Shown in pieces: positions 1-13,044 of a stretch of DNA of 64,000 nt. Every line of letters starts with the position of its first letter. Within the stretch, counting starts at the first letter, position 1. This stretch comes from Amoebidium appalachense (lineage: Eukaryota > Protista > Ichthyosporea): positions 8,250,818 through 8,314,817 of the forward strand of contig CAVNZM010000008.1 in the NCBI GenBank assembly GCA_963693365.1. Reading direction: 5' to 3'. Made by a program: the position numbers and the translations under genes. The notes beneath the pieces were generated by a model, which was given only the letters and a program-made list of their open reading frames with translations, made no database searches and was not told the DNA's origin.

Positions 1-33
1 CATTCACCAAACCCAGCTTGACATTCAGCTTAG

Positions 34-232
34 CAAGAGAGAGAGAGAGAAAGAGGAGGAGAGAGAGAGGGAGAGAGAGGGGGGGGGGGGGGGGGGGGGA
101 GAGAGAGAGAGAGAGAGGGAGAAAGGGAGAGACAGACAGAGATAAAGAGAGAGAGGGAGGGAGGGAGGGAGGGAGAGAGGGAGAGAGTGAGAGAGGGGGG
201 AGAGAGAGAGAGAGAGAGAGAGAGACCTCTCT
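34..232. repeat. (GA)n / G-rich microsatellite
   Basis: Direct reading of the sequence. Confidence 0.95.
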
Positions 233-1286
233 CTTAGTTATATTCTTGTCACCTGAAGAAACACGAGCACCAACTGCAAGACACAATTCTGGCTCAAGAC
301 CACCAACAACATCAGCAGGTGCATTTTTAGCAAGTGCAGAGTCCACAGAATTCTGCGCTACCAGCCGTGCCACAGATTTTCCCATTGCGTGCAGACTGCA
401 TGTTGTAAGCATACACCCGGTTCTTATTGGCCATTATTCTCATAGCCCCTTCAAACAAACCCCACTCGCCAGTGGCTGCTAAGGATTCTCTCGAACGAGA
501 CATGAGAAACTGCCAATCACCAGGTTGCATCTGACCATTGCGCAGGCGAAGAAGAAACGCCTTAAAAGCCAACTCCTCTTCATTAACACCCAACTGCCTT
601 TTAACCACATCCAACATGCCACTACTGTTTTGAATTTCAAAATCTCACTTGAGCCTAGGAGTTTGAAATTCTGCTCGTCCTTCGTGTGGTCGTAGGGTTC
701 ATACTGCGCAGGATCGCCACACGGAGGTAACTGTGCCATATCGCCTACCAGAATGATTGATACCTTATCCAATACCCTGGCTTCCTCTAGACGCGTTAGC
801 AAAATTCCCAGCATGCCCTGTCCTATCATAGACATCTCATCAATTATCAAATAGCGGCAATGGCAAAGCTTTCTTTGTATTGCAGCTAACTGAGCGCTAG
901 AGGCATACGGCTTGGTAGTCCCAATAGGTACCTTGACATCAAAAAGACGATGCAGGGTTTCCCCACCTATGTTATGTGCTGCAACACCAGTTGGTGCCGC
1001 AAGCCGCACAAATTCGTTTGGCGGGACCCCCAACTCCACGGCACGTTCACGCAGCGATCTTACCATGTGGTGAACAGTCCAACTTATACCGCAACCGCCA
1101 TAGCCGGCAAGAATCATAAGCAATGGTGGACGTGTACCTTCGGGGGCAGACACATGCTCCTGCAGAATATCATATGCTACCTGTTGTTTGCCTTCAAGTC
1201 TTCCAGCCACCTATTACAACAGGTATGATGAGTGTCTCACTGTGTGCATATTTTCATGTGTGTGCTTGCTGCCTTGTGTGTGTGCC

Positions 1287-1317
<31 letters not shown>

Positions 1318-1501
1318 GGGGGAAGGGGGGGGGGGGGGGGGGGGGGAAGCTAGTGGTGTGCATGTGGGTGTGCATGTGACTTTGCTTGTGTGCATGTGTG
1401 CATGTTCAGCCTGAGTGTTGATTGTTCGAGCGCAGCATGCGCTCAAGGCTTGTGTTTTGCATATTTTCATGTGTGTGCTTGCTGCCTTGTGTGTGTGCCG
1501 T

Positions 1502-1532
<31 letters not shown>

Positions 1533-1737
1533 GAAGAAGGGGGGGGGGGGGGGGGGGGGGGGGGGGGAAAGCTAGTGGTGTGCATGTGGGTGTGCATGTG
1601 ACTTTGCTTGTGTGCATGTGTGCATGTTCAGCCTGAGTGTTGATTGTTCGAGCGCAGCATGCGCTCAAGGCTTGTGTTGGCATTGTGTGTGTGGCAGTGA
1701 CGCTGTGTGCCACCCAGTGACTATGTGTGTGTGTGTC

Positions 1738-1795
<58 letters not shown>

Positions 1796-2069
1796 GTGTG
1801 TGTCACGGTGCTTCCTGCCTTTGGTGCGCTTGTTCGTGACTTGTGCGGACGTGACGGCATGCGTGACTGTAAAAAACTTGAAAGCCTAGCAGACTAGCAA
1901 GGGCCGGGGATAAGCGAGGGAGGGAAGGGAGGGGCACACAGAGGGGAAAGGGTAGAAGGGGGAAGGGGGGAGAGAGGGGTGGGGAAGGGGGGGGAATATG
2001 AGTGTGCATCCTTATCTTACAATTTGTGTGTGTCCCTAACGTGTGACTGTGTGTGTGGGTGTGCCCACA

Positions 2070-2101
<32 letters not shown>

Positions 2102-2186
2102 GTGAGTGTGTGTCTGTGGGTGTGTGTGTGTGTGTGTTTGTGTGTGAGTGTGTGTGCGTGTGTCACGTGTGTATGTGTGTGTGTGT

Positions 2187-2217
<31 letters not shown>

Positions 2218-2330
2218 AGGTGGGCAAGGGTGGGGGGGAGGGGGTGGCGGATTGGTGTGAATCCTCGTCATACAGTGTGTGTGTGCATGCGTGTGCCAGT
2301 GTGTGTGTGTGTGGGTGTGTGGGTGTACAC

Positions 2331-2381
<51 letters not shown>

Positions 2382-2609
2382 CTTGTGCGTGTATGTTTGT
2401 GTGTGCCATACTGTGCGTGTACGTGTGTATGCACGTGCGTCTCTGACTGTGCAGGACAGTGTGCACACAAAGTTTAACGGTGTGTGTGCGCGCATGTGCA
2501 CTGGCAGGTGACACTGCATGTGTACATGTGTGCGTGCCTGCTATTGGTTTGTGCCTGCGTATGTGCATGGTGGTGTGGCTGTGCGTGCAGTGTGCGGGCG
2601 TTCGGGACA

Positions 2610-2666
<57 letters not shown>

Positions 2667-2957
2667 ACATCACATACCAGTGCAGGGTCACTCCATGGGT
2701 GCTGCGCCTCTTCTTCGTTTCTGTTGTCGGAAACAAATGAAGCTGCGGCCTCAATGTCGTAATTGCCCTCAGCCACCCAATCCTCCGCCACCTGTGGACC
2801 CACCACCCCACCTGCATCTCCTGGCAAGGGCTGCCGTGGCATCTGGCCTGCATAAAGGGCTTCTAGCGGCTGTTGCGTAGCAGAATTTAGGCCGGCAGGA
2901 AAGTTATCATTTAGATCACTTTCTTGGCCTCCTTGAAAACTGACCTTGAAACGACAG
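233..2957 (-). pseudogene. Decayed PIF1-family helicase, Helitron RepHel-like C-terminal part, two exons
   Basis: Exon ~2957-2669 (..EDWVAEGNYDIEAAASFVSDNR..VCD|gtac) splices in phase 0 to taatag|1210 (VAGRLEGKQQVAYDIL..). PIF1 motifs: LLMILAGYGGCGIS (Walker A with K>I), AAPTGVAAHNIGGETLHRLF, YLIIDEMSM, ILVGDMAQLPP, KRQ..LLRLRNG, GGLEPELCLAVGARV. Frameshifts near 617 and ~350; truncated by the (GA)n tract. Confidence 0.85.
1246..1678. repeat. Tandem duplication of ~215 bp inside the helicase intron
   Basis: gcatattttcatgtg...gcgctcaaggcttgtgtt occurs at 1246-1456 and 1459-1678, differing mainly in G-run and TG lengths. Confidence 0.9.
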
Positions 2958-3197
2958 CTGTGGTGTATACGTACATGTGCGAAAACAAACAAACAGTTTT
3001 AGAACTATAAGGATGGGAGAAAACAGTTGACAGTAAAAGCATGTCAGCAACTTTTGCAGTTTTAAAGCAAACGAAAACGAACATAAAGAAAGAACAACAG
3101 CGCCAATATAACACCAACTGTTCGCACATGCAGCACAGGTGAGAATTCCGGCAGCAGGTCATGCATATGCATGGCAGGAATATGCACATATACACAC

Positions 3198-3284
3198 CTG
3201 TGCACCCAGGGCAACAGCAAACAGGAGCAGAACGACCTGCCAGGTCCTCATTCCACAACCAGAACCAACCTTGCGGGAACCCAT
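3198..3284 (-). other. Orphan signal-peptide-like first exon
   Basis: ATG at 3284 gives MGSRKVGSGCGMRTWQVVLLLFAVALGAQ followed by a gtgtgt donor. Basic n-region, hydrophobic core, small residues at the end. Confidence 0.4.
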
Positions 3285-3810
3285 ATTGTGTGGGCAAATG
3301 ACTCAACAACGCCGTTACGTGGCTACGCGAAGTACTTTTGAAAAGAAGTGTGCTTGGTTTGTTTCAGTACGTTTACTGAGTGCCTCCGTTACGTTTTACT
3401 GGGTGGTAACGTGCCATGGCTGCCCAAAACGCATTGCCGCGCTCTCTGCAAACAGCGCAACAATCTAGACAATTGGTACCGAGATAGGCGTAATGTCTCC
3501 AAGCGCATTTAGAGACCCCTAGAGAAGTCAAACTTTGTACCCCAGAAATTCAAATTACAGTATTTGTCCCCGGTATCCGTTCTCCGTTCGTTATCGGGGC
3601 AAAAACACCCACTTATTTGCTCTTCAAACTCCGTGTCAGCGATTGGGCAAAAGCGTTTTTATCGTTTACCCTCCTCCCTTTAGCCAATCAAATCGCATAT
3701 ATTCGCAGCTACCCCGGCCTCCCCTCACCTCCCCCCCTCCACGTCCGGATCTTTCGAACCCTACTCCTATTTGATCTCGTGGAGTAGAAAGGAGCCTACC
3801 GGCCCCAATT

Positions 3811-4162
3811 ATATTAAATTCAGTCATTATGTTTTTCAGTGATGTTCTATAAAAATTCCTACATGTCTCACCGGTATTTGAACTGCGTGACTTTTAATGT
3901 TTAGCTCCAACCAAATAGTCGTCTTCTGGATAATAGCGTTTCGCCTGGTATTAATCTATTGCATTTCTACACAAATGATTAGTAAATGTTTTGGGAAATT
4001 AGCCTGTTACAATAGTGCATGTTAAGTCAGTGTGATCGTAATGATCGCCATTTTATATCATATTAAATTTAGTCATTGTTTTCCAGTGATGTTCTCTAAA
4101 AATTCCTGCATGTCTACCCGGTATTTGAACTGCGTGACTTTTAATGTTTAGCTCCAACCAAA
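3811..4162. repeat. ~105-bp direct repeat pair (3811-3915, 4060-4162), possibly tRNA/SINE-derived
   Basis: Near-identical copies; the minus strand carries GTTCAAATACCGG (B-box-like) at 3871-3883 and 4118-4130. Confidence 0.75.
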
Positions 4163-4586
4163 GCGCAGCCATTCCATTTGTTCAAGCTTTGAAATTTTCA
4201 TGGACTCGCGCACGTTCACCCGGCGGTCGGGAACAGCTACAACGCCCCTTGCCAACCATGCGTGTACTCTTCACCCGGCGGCCGGCCCAAACCAACACGC
4301 TTGGCCAGTACAGGTGTACATATCATAATGCACTGGACGCTGCATGCACTGCGCAGGCCTGCTTGTGTCATAGAATTGAAACTTGCAATCGAAGGGTACA
4401 AGTCGAGGTCAACTCGGAGTTGATTCAATAGTACATATTGCAAGACTAGCCGGCGCCTGGCACCGTGACCAATCGAGGCGTCGTGGCAACCTGGCACGGC
4501 AATACCTACAGCAGAGTACACCAGTGGTGGTATGTGGCAGACATGCACATTATGTGTGCCACAATTGCAAACTGGGTGTGTGTGAC

Positions 4587-4639
<53 letters not shown>

Positions 4640-4765
4640 ACGCGTCTATGACGTGTGCGTGTGTATGTGTGTGTATGTGTGCACAGTGTATCAGTGTATG
4701 TGTGTGTCACGGTGTGTGTGTGTGTGTGTGTGTGCCAGCATACATTGCCTTGTGTAGGAGTGTGT

Positions 4766-4833
<68 letters not shown>

Positions 4834-4834
4834 C

Positions 4835-4900
<66 letters not shown>

Positions 4901-5459
4901 TATGACGTGTGCGTTATGATGCGCGTGTATGTGTGCACAGTGTATGCGTGTGTCACGGTGTGTGTGTGTGTGTGTGTGTGTGCCAGCATAAGTTGTTGTT
5001 TAGTTCACGTGCACATAATGTGTGGGTGCGCGCCACGCGCAGTGCCACGGTGTGTGTTCATGGCCATGTGTGTATGAGTGACGTGTGTGCACATGTAATG
5101 ACGGTGCCGTTGTGTCAAATTGAACATAATAATGTTATGCCCTGTACGTGTGTCATCAACGGATGTCGTGTGTATGTCTGCCTTAAGTTTTTTATAACTG
5201 CAGTGTCAGACATATATATACAGCACGTGCCAAGTTTGAGTGTATGCATGTGAACGTATGTGCCGGTGTCACAGTGAGCCTGAATGTACCACAGTGTGCG
5301 CTTGTGCATATGCCTGTCTGTGTATGATGTACATATACGCAACGGTGTGTGTATGTGTGTGTAATATTGTCAGAGCCACACTGAGTCAATCGGTGCACAG
5401 ATATTGTGTATGCACTACGTGTCTTGAAGTCGGGCCATGTGCGCGCGAGTGTGTGTAAT

Positions 5460-5493
<34 letters not shown>

Positions 5494-5812
5494 CAAGTGT
5501 TTGAGCAGTGCAGAGGAAGTAAGTTGCCATATAAATGAAATGCAGTGCATGCATCATGACTCAGCCCTTCTTCGAATTCCCCTCCCGTTCCTTCCTCCAG
5601 GTTTATCAGGCCCGGGTGCGGCAGAGCTCCAGGCATTCAGCCGAGGGTGGCAGGGGCCCGAGCTTACTATTACACGTACCTCCATGGGGAGGCCGACATA
5701 GGCCTTTCGAAGTGGGCACATACCGTCAAATTCTTGTCAATGAGCTGTCATTCAAGTGACTTATGACACTTAAACTTGATACTTCAAAAGCGGCACCAAT
5801 CGATCTTATACT

Positions 5813-6076
5813 ATGGCCTCTAACGGCCATCACTCCACCGGACTGGCGACTCAGCTGTGCAGAGCAGTCCTGGGTCTGTCTGTGCTGGCCCACCTGTGTA
5901 CAGCCTTAGGTGAGTTGAGATGTTTGAAACACGAGAATCTGTAAAAAGAACGCACCTTGTTACTGTAATACACCACTCATTCTTGAAAATATGTGTCAGT
6001 GTGGTTGGAATTCATCTTAACGGCTTCCCCCACTACTCAGTCTCAGGCTGAGCCCGACACATTTTTAGGAGTCCCA

Positions 6077-6115
<39 letters not shown>

Positions 6116-6390
6116 CTGTTTCTCTATATTTCTCAGCCCTTTTTTTTCAACTGCCACTAAGTTTGAACAGAAAAAAATAATCTTTTGAGCATAAATTGTC
6201 ATTATGCAGACTTAACCTAGCTTGCTACGAAGTCTTAGTGCTTGGATGGGAAGATTGCAGGGTTAAACGATTCTCACGTCTGATAACCCAGTTGCACATA
6301 TTTACTCATTCATTCATTCATTTACTTATTTTTATTGTTTATTTTTATTTTGGACCGGAGGGGGCGAGGGAGGGAAGGGGAGGGGGTGGG

Positions 6391-6422
<32 letters not shown>

Positions 6423-6636
6423 AGGGTCCAAAACCCATGTATCTGAACTAACTAACTCACTAAACCTGTACGGTGACACAGCTGTGGAGAATACCCCTGT
6501 TAACATAGTACCTTCCCACCCGGAATTCCATCACCGTGCAAGACGCCAGTTTCTAGGAAATGCAACAACAATTAATCCAGGCGATCGTAGGTATCCCCAT
6601 TCAATGATAACCCGTGAGTTTAGTATCATGAATTCA

Positions 6637-6669
<33 letters not shown>

Positions 6670-6681
6670 ATCGCACACACA

Positions 6682-6765
<84 letters not shown>

Positions 6766-9700
6766 TGTGGCACCGTGATGCAAACACGCCCATGTGTTTG
6801 CCCTTTCTCACCCTATATGCCCACGAATACACACTTTTTACAACTCTCCACCAGAAACGCTGCTGCCGGGCACATAAATTAAGCCCTCAGTATGTGTATT
6901 CTGCTCCACGCTCACCCATACTTATTTCTCTTTTATTTACGCAATGCTCTTACATCACTAGCTGATGGGGATGAACAGCTCGCCTTCGCGCTGTTATTGC
7001 ACCCACCTTTTACTTCTCCTAAATTTCTTACACACCGTCGTTTAAGTATATAGAAGGGCCAGCCCACTTTTTTGCCATATCATTCTTGCCAATGATGGTT
7101 TCTTTGTCACGGGGCATATCTCGTGCGTGTATTCCATCCAACTGCAGCTGCTTGAGTGTTTCTCTTTCTCAGCAGCTCTCTCTTTTCATCTTTCTCCCGA
7201 TCCCTCCTCTCCTTTTTTTTTTTTTTTTTTGGGGGGGGGGGGGGGGTTGTTTGTGTTGTTTTTGTTTGTTTTTCCCCTTGAATCATGTCCCCTGATACCC
7301 AATCCCCCCCCCCCCCCCCCCCCCCCCCACCCACCCACCCACCCTCCACCCCCCTCCTATAGACACATTCCCTTGCTCATTTCCATACTCGATCACACAT
7401 TCGTTGGCACTCAGCCTGTCACAAGCTTTGTGCATGACCAAGTTGAACATAATGATTATACAGAGCGGCCAAAAGTTAAATTTATGCTGACCAACTGTCG
7501 CACCCACAGCCTGGTTTGTGGCTCCCAACACCCCCGCCACTGGCAACACTTTCCTTTACATGGTTAACTTTGACGGCACCGGTACCAGTAATTGGAATGT
7601 GTTGCTCAACGACGCAAACTACTTTGGCATCATACCTAACTTCGACAACTGGAACAATCTCTATGCTATGCTCGGGGCTTCTGCTTACAATGGCAACTTC
7701 CGTATTGGAACCCGCCAGGCCAACGGGACATACACGTGGACACCCAATGTGGCGCAACAACAGAAGATCCGACACATCGCAGCCGACACTCTCTTCCTCT
7801 ACGGAGTGGATCACACCAACTCCAATATAGTGCGCTGCACCCTTCCGTGTAGTTTCAACCAAACATGGACCGTTATTCCTCGCTCAGCAGTTCAGGGTGT
7901 CCGCAATGTGGTACGGATAGAGGTTGACGACACAAACGTGTATGTCACGTACAGTGACTATACGATTGGGTACTGCCGCCGGGGCTGCCCAAACGGTCCC
8001 GAATTCGACATTCCTTCGCCGCCGCTTCGCTCTGTATATTCAGATGGCATGCATCTCTACGGTACAGGCTACGTCCCGAACAACCTCAAAATCTTCCAAT
8101 GCCTAATGCCATGCACCAACGTGAGCCAGTGGGTTCTGTATACCTCCCTCTGGACTAACATAATTTGGACAGACAACGTTAACGTCTTCCGCACGGGCAC
8201 ATCAGCCGACCAGCGAAACCTCGATGGCGTATACAACCAGATACGAGTGTACTACACGCCGTCGCCAGTGACGGCTACTAGCGTGTGGACTGACATGGTG
8301 TACCCTGCATGGTACCCAGGGTTTCCGAGTGGTTTCATCACACTGGCACAGAGTGTACGGAGGGCGAAGCGGATACCGGGCGGTACAGGTAAGGATTCCA
8401 ATCACTTGTGTGTGTCTGTCCATGAATGTTAACGACTTAACCGGCCAAATCACTAATTAATGTCCAAGTAGGGGCACTAACAAGGGCCCGGTGGAAAAAA
8501 AAAAAGTGGCATGCCAAATTTAGGGCCTAGATTCGATCGAGACAGCTATCAAACACACTTTTTGTACACGATCATAAGGCGAACATTGAAAGGTATTGAT
8601 TGGTCATTGCGGCATTGTTCAGTTGATTCCCACCATCTTTGACGTCATGAAAATGCCTTTCAACCGCTTATTACTGCACATACAGAGCAATTTTTGGCCC
8701 CAAATAATAGATATCAGCGCGTTAGGGAGTGTTGAATTTGTAGGTTTGGGGGGGTTGAATTTGTAGGTTTGGGGGGGGGGGAAGGGGGGAGGGGGGGGGG
8801 GGGTAGGCAGGAACTTGGACCCTTTTTGAACCCCTCAGTATCCCCCCCCCCCCCCCCCCCCTTCTCTTCCCCTTTATATATATATATATCTGTTAGTAGC
8901 AGCGACCATTTTTGGAACCTCCAACCCCCCCCCCCCCCCCCCCCCGCCCCTGGCTGGTCCGGTTTTCTAACTTCCATCGGCCCCCCTACTCTTTTCCTGC
9001 CTACATAGCTACCCCCCTTCCCCCCCCCTCCCCCCCCCCCCCCCCCCCCCCCCGTTTTCGAATATAGCGCTATCTAAAGACGGTAACAAAAGGCTTACTG
9101 GGAATTTCTCGTACACACGATTTACTTTGTTCTCTCCGAGCTGTATTTTTAGGAAAATATAACAGAGTGACACGATTGGGTACTCTTCGTCCAATGAGCA
9201 TATTGCAGTGAAGCTATTGGCTATTCATATGGCGTAAATCCGATGTATCATTTTTTCAAAAACATTCAAATGTGGTTTTCGAATATCATTACATATCATC
9301 TGGGAGCGATGTCGATCAAAATTGGTCCAAAAAAAATTAGTGAAAAGGCAACATGTATAGCAACTTGCCATTAAATCGTACACTCTATAAGTCCGGATAG
9401 ACGCATACGAAAAAAAACTGTGTTTAGCGGGCGGGCTACCATGAAAACAGGCCGAAAAACAAAAAAACGGCTTCATATCGGTAGAGAAAGTTCAAATATT
9501 AGGTCGACAGTGCTAAGGAATTTGCCTAGCATTCAGACAAATTAAATGCACAAAAACAGTTAAAAATGGCTGTTTTATTTGTAGTGACGAAACACCGAGC
9601 ATGCAAGGAGGGAAGCAAGCAACTCAACCAAATCGAAACTGTCCGACACATTTCATAACTGAACGAACCATACTAGGTTTATGGCCCTTGAGCCAATGTC

Positions 9701-11922
9701 CTGATTTAGACTGTCTGAGTTTACGTATACTTATTAAAGGTACTTCTGTGTGCCGAGCCTCCCTCTGTGACCCTAGCCCAACAATTGCAACCCGGCCCAT
9801 GCCTCCCCAATGCTGCACATTCGGACGAATCAATCAATTGCTTACTAGCCTCTTTGCAGATCTTTGCAACTACGGGATGCACAACTGCGGCACCACCAGC
9901 ACTTGTGTGGCAAACACTACCGCCGCCACCTTCACGTGCACATGTGCCAGTGGATATGAACCGACAATTGCCAACAATCTAAAAGAATGTGTTGACACCA
10001 ACGAATGTACGCGGAATACTCACACGTGTGCTGCACCAAGCATGTGCAACAACACATTGGGTAGCTTCACGTGTGCGTGCCCCACTGGGTACGTCGGCAG
10101 TGGGGGCAGCTGTTCGGATATCAACGAGTGCACGACCGACGCACACACGTGCAGCACCTCTGCCACATGTACGAACTCGGCGGGAAGTTTCACATGTGCC
10201 TGCAACACTGGTTACAGTGGGTCGGGTACCTCATGCACAGACACGAACGAGTGTACAGCCGGCACACACACGTGCAGCACCTCTGCCACATGCACGAACT
10301 CGGCGGGAAGTTTCACATGCGCCTGCAACACTGGTTACAGTGGGTCGGGTACCTCATGCACAGACACGAACGAGTGTACAGCCGGCACACACACGTGCAG
10401 CACCTCTGCCACATGCACGAACTCGGCGGGAAGTTTCACATGTGCCTGCAACACTGGTTACAGTGGGTGGGGTACCTCATGCACAGACACGAACGAGTGT
10501 ACAGTCGGCACACACACGTGCAGCACCTCTGCCACATGCACGAACTCGGCGGGAAGTTTCACATGTGCCTGCAACACTGGTTACAGTGGGTCGGGTACCA
10601 CATGCACAGACACGAACGAGTGTACAGCCGGCACACACACGTGCAGCACCTCTGCCACATGCACAAACTCGGCCGGTAGCTTCTTGTGTGCCTGCAACAC
10701 CGGGTACAGTGGTAGTGGGAGTACGTGCGGAGACATTGACGAATGCACGGCCGGCACACATACATGCAGCACATCTGCCACGTGCACGAATACGCCCGGT
10801 AGCTTCTCGTGTGCCTGCAACACAGGCTATACGGGTAGTGGAAACACCTGCGCAGACACGAACGAGTGTACAGCCGGCATACATACATGCAGCACCTCTG
10901 CCACTTGCACGAATACGGCGGGAAGCTTCACGTGTGCCTGCAACACGGGGTACAGTGGCAGCGGGAATATGTGTGCAGAGACAAACGAATGCACAGCAGG
11001 CACACACACATGCAGCACCTCTGCCACTTGCACGAATACGGCGGGAAGCTTCACGTGTGCCTGCAACACTGGCTACACGGGTAGTGGAAACACGTGCGCA
11101 GACACGAATGAGTGCACGGCCGGCACACACACATGCAGCACATCGGCGACGTGCACGAACAGTGCAGGCAGCTTCACGTGTGCCTGCAACACGGGGTACA
11201 GTGGGTCGGGTACCACGTGTGTGGCAAACGTCGTAGCCACAACCACCACCACCGTGACCTCCGCCGAAATAACAGCAGCTCAAGTTGCAACCACCACCAG
11301 CACTAGCACCCCAACCCCCAGTGACCGTGTGATTCCCTCCGGGTTTACATGCTTCTCCCCCGACAAATCTTTTACGGCGCGGTTACGAAATTCCGGAATG
11401 CAGGCGGAACTAGCCAACATTGCAAGACCCCTTGTTGCTGCCACGGACCCATCCGACTCCGGGTACTGCCTGAGTGTGGCTATGGGTGCTCGTTATATAG
11501 TCGACTGCAACCACCCGTCGTCAAACCTTACCCTCGCGTTTAACAACGCCACAGGGAAAATCCGTATTTCGGGTACAGCGCCCCGGTGTGCGCACGTGTT
11601 TAGCCCAAGTCAGTGCGCCGAGTATGTTTCCAGCGGGAATGCCCTGTGCGCAATCGATTTTGAGTACTCGGTTACGGCGTCAGTGGATAAATTGGTTTCC
11701 GGTGACTTGAACAATGTGGGTGGCGGCACGATCACCTGCCCGAGCAATGCGGTCAGTTTCGGTGGAAAATATTCGAGACAGCATGCCGCCTCCCTGCTGG
11801 TACGTTTATTTTGTCCCTGGCATGGATTATACTTGTACTTGTGGTATATACAATGCCTTCTTTCACTTTCTGGCCGTAATTAACACATGCAATCCGATGT
11901 TACGGGAGAAGTGGAACTTGAA

Positions 11923-11954
<32 letters not shown>

Positions 11955-11971
11955 GATAGGGATGGGGTGGC

Positions 11972-12020
<49 letters not shown>

Positions 12021-12347
12021 AGAGACGGCAGACCTCAAACGACGAACGACGGCGATAGGGACACGAACAACAAGGAAAGGGGGAACACAGGAAGCCGCCC
12101 GGGGGGGGGGGGGGGGGGGGGGGTTTCAAAGAGAGTGAGAAAATATTAACTACTCGGGGGACAATTCTGTGAAAGAAATTGATTGAAAAGAAAATAGATT
12201 TGAATCCGTCATACTGACACACGGTGCCTTTTCTCTTTGCAGATAACATCCGCCACTGGAAGCAAGGGCGAGCACGGCTTTGGCTGGCTCATGCAGGCAA
12301 AGGACATGGCCTGGCAGGGGGACTGGTTGTTCTCATTGGAATGTTAA
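5813..12347 (+). CDS. Secreted multi-EGF protein: signal peptide, propeptide, Cys-repeat (possibly beta-propeller) domain, 11 EGF (10 calcium-binding type), Thr-rich linker, C-terminal Cys domain
   Basis: Exons 5813-5909, 6482-6586, 7510-8388, 9860-11799, 12243-12347, all GT-AG with phases 1,1,1,0 and ending in TAA. N-terminus MASNG..RAVLGLSVLAHLCTAL. cbEGF consensus D-[TI]-[ND]-E-C...C-x-N-x-x-G-S-F-x-C-x-C-x-x-G-Y. No transmembrane segment seen. Confidence 0.85.
10117..11220 (+). repeat. Coding tandem array of 123-bp (41-aa) cbEGF units
   Basis: Near-identical repeats of gacacgaacgagtgtacagccggcacacacacgtgcagcacctctgccacatgc... Confidence 0.95.
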
Positions 12348-12503
12348 ATTTTCAACGCTTGCACACATTGGAGTGTTAAAAACGCTTGCACACATACTTG
12401 CACACATGCTGGTTTTTCTCATTGTAGTGTTGAAATCTTAAACACTCACACACATGCTGGTTGTTCTCATTGGAGTGTTAAAATCTCAAACACTGGCACA
12501 CAT
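12323..12503. repeat. ~48-bp degenerate tandem repeat overlapping the EGF-gene stop codon
   Basis: ctggttgttctcattggaatgttaaa...gcacacat recurs at 12323, ~12409 and ~12457, plus a partial copy. Confidence 0.8.
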
Positions 12504-13009
12504 GCACACTGTGATTGATGCACGCTGAGATCCTTCCAATCAGATAGCCCCATTTTTAAAGAAGTGATTTTCCGATCGTTGTGTTCGGATTGCATGTTCC
12601 GGAATCCGATCGTGTTTATAATTGTTTCGAATTAAAGGGCTGGTTTATCACATGTTGGTTTACCGTGGTTTTTTAAAAGAGTTGCTTAGTATGTTTCACT
12701 TTTTGGGATCGATGTCTTGATTCAACATTGTGTGAGAACAAGTCAAGTTGAGATTTACCGTAAACAAACAGTTTTGCACCCCGGCCGTCGAATCATGTTG
12801 TGTATAATTAAGGTCCGACTACGTTGATCGAAAGTGAGTTAATAGCACTACTAGTTTGGATGATGATGATAAATAATCACTATTTGATTGTTGGAGTATT
12901 GGCGTACCATATGTTGTTTGTAATGACATGTGTTGTGTACTGTTGTTGTTGTTGTTATATTCTACTTTTTCCCTTTTTTCTTTTGGCCGCCGTGCGGGGG
13001 GGTGGGGGT

Positions 13010-13044
<35 letters not shown>

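Noticed and set aside
2610-2665. Exact lengths of long G/C homopolymers as a biological signal
   Set aside because: Run lengths are unreliable in assemblies; only position and strand were used.
4144-4530. Cys/His-containing fragment, possible transposase zinc finger
   Set aside because: Stops present and no diagnostic motif.
8469-9776. TAGGG...CCCTA-bounded element in EGF-gene intron 3
   Set aside because: Inverted match limited to a few bases and no clear TSD.
9601-9859. 5' part of the 760-aa ORF as the true N-terminus
   Set aside because: Intron read-through; a good acceptor ctttgcag at 9859 matches the phase-1 donor at 8388.
10117-11220. CRISPR-like periodicity (also the 17-19 bp units at 23440 and 44790)
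   Set aside because: No unique spacers or cas genes; eukaryotic coding or MITE repeats.
9989-11306. Alternative-frame and antisense ORFs over the EGF array
   Set aside because: Shadows of the 123-bp coding repeat.
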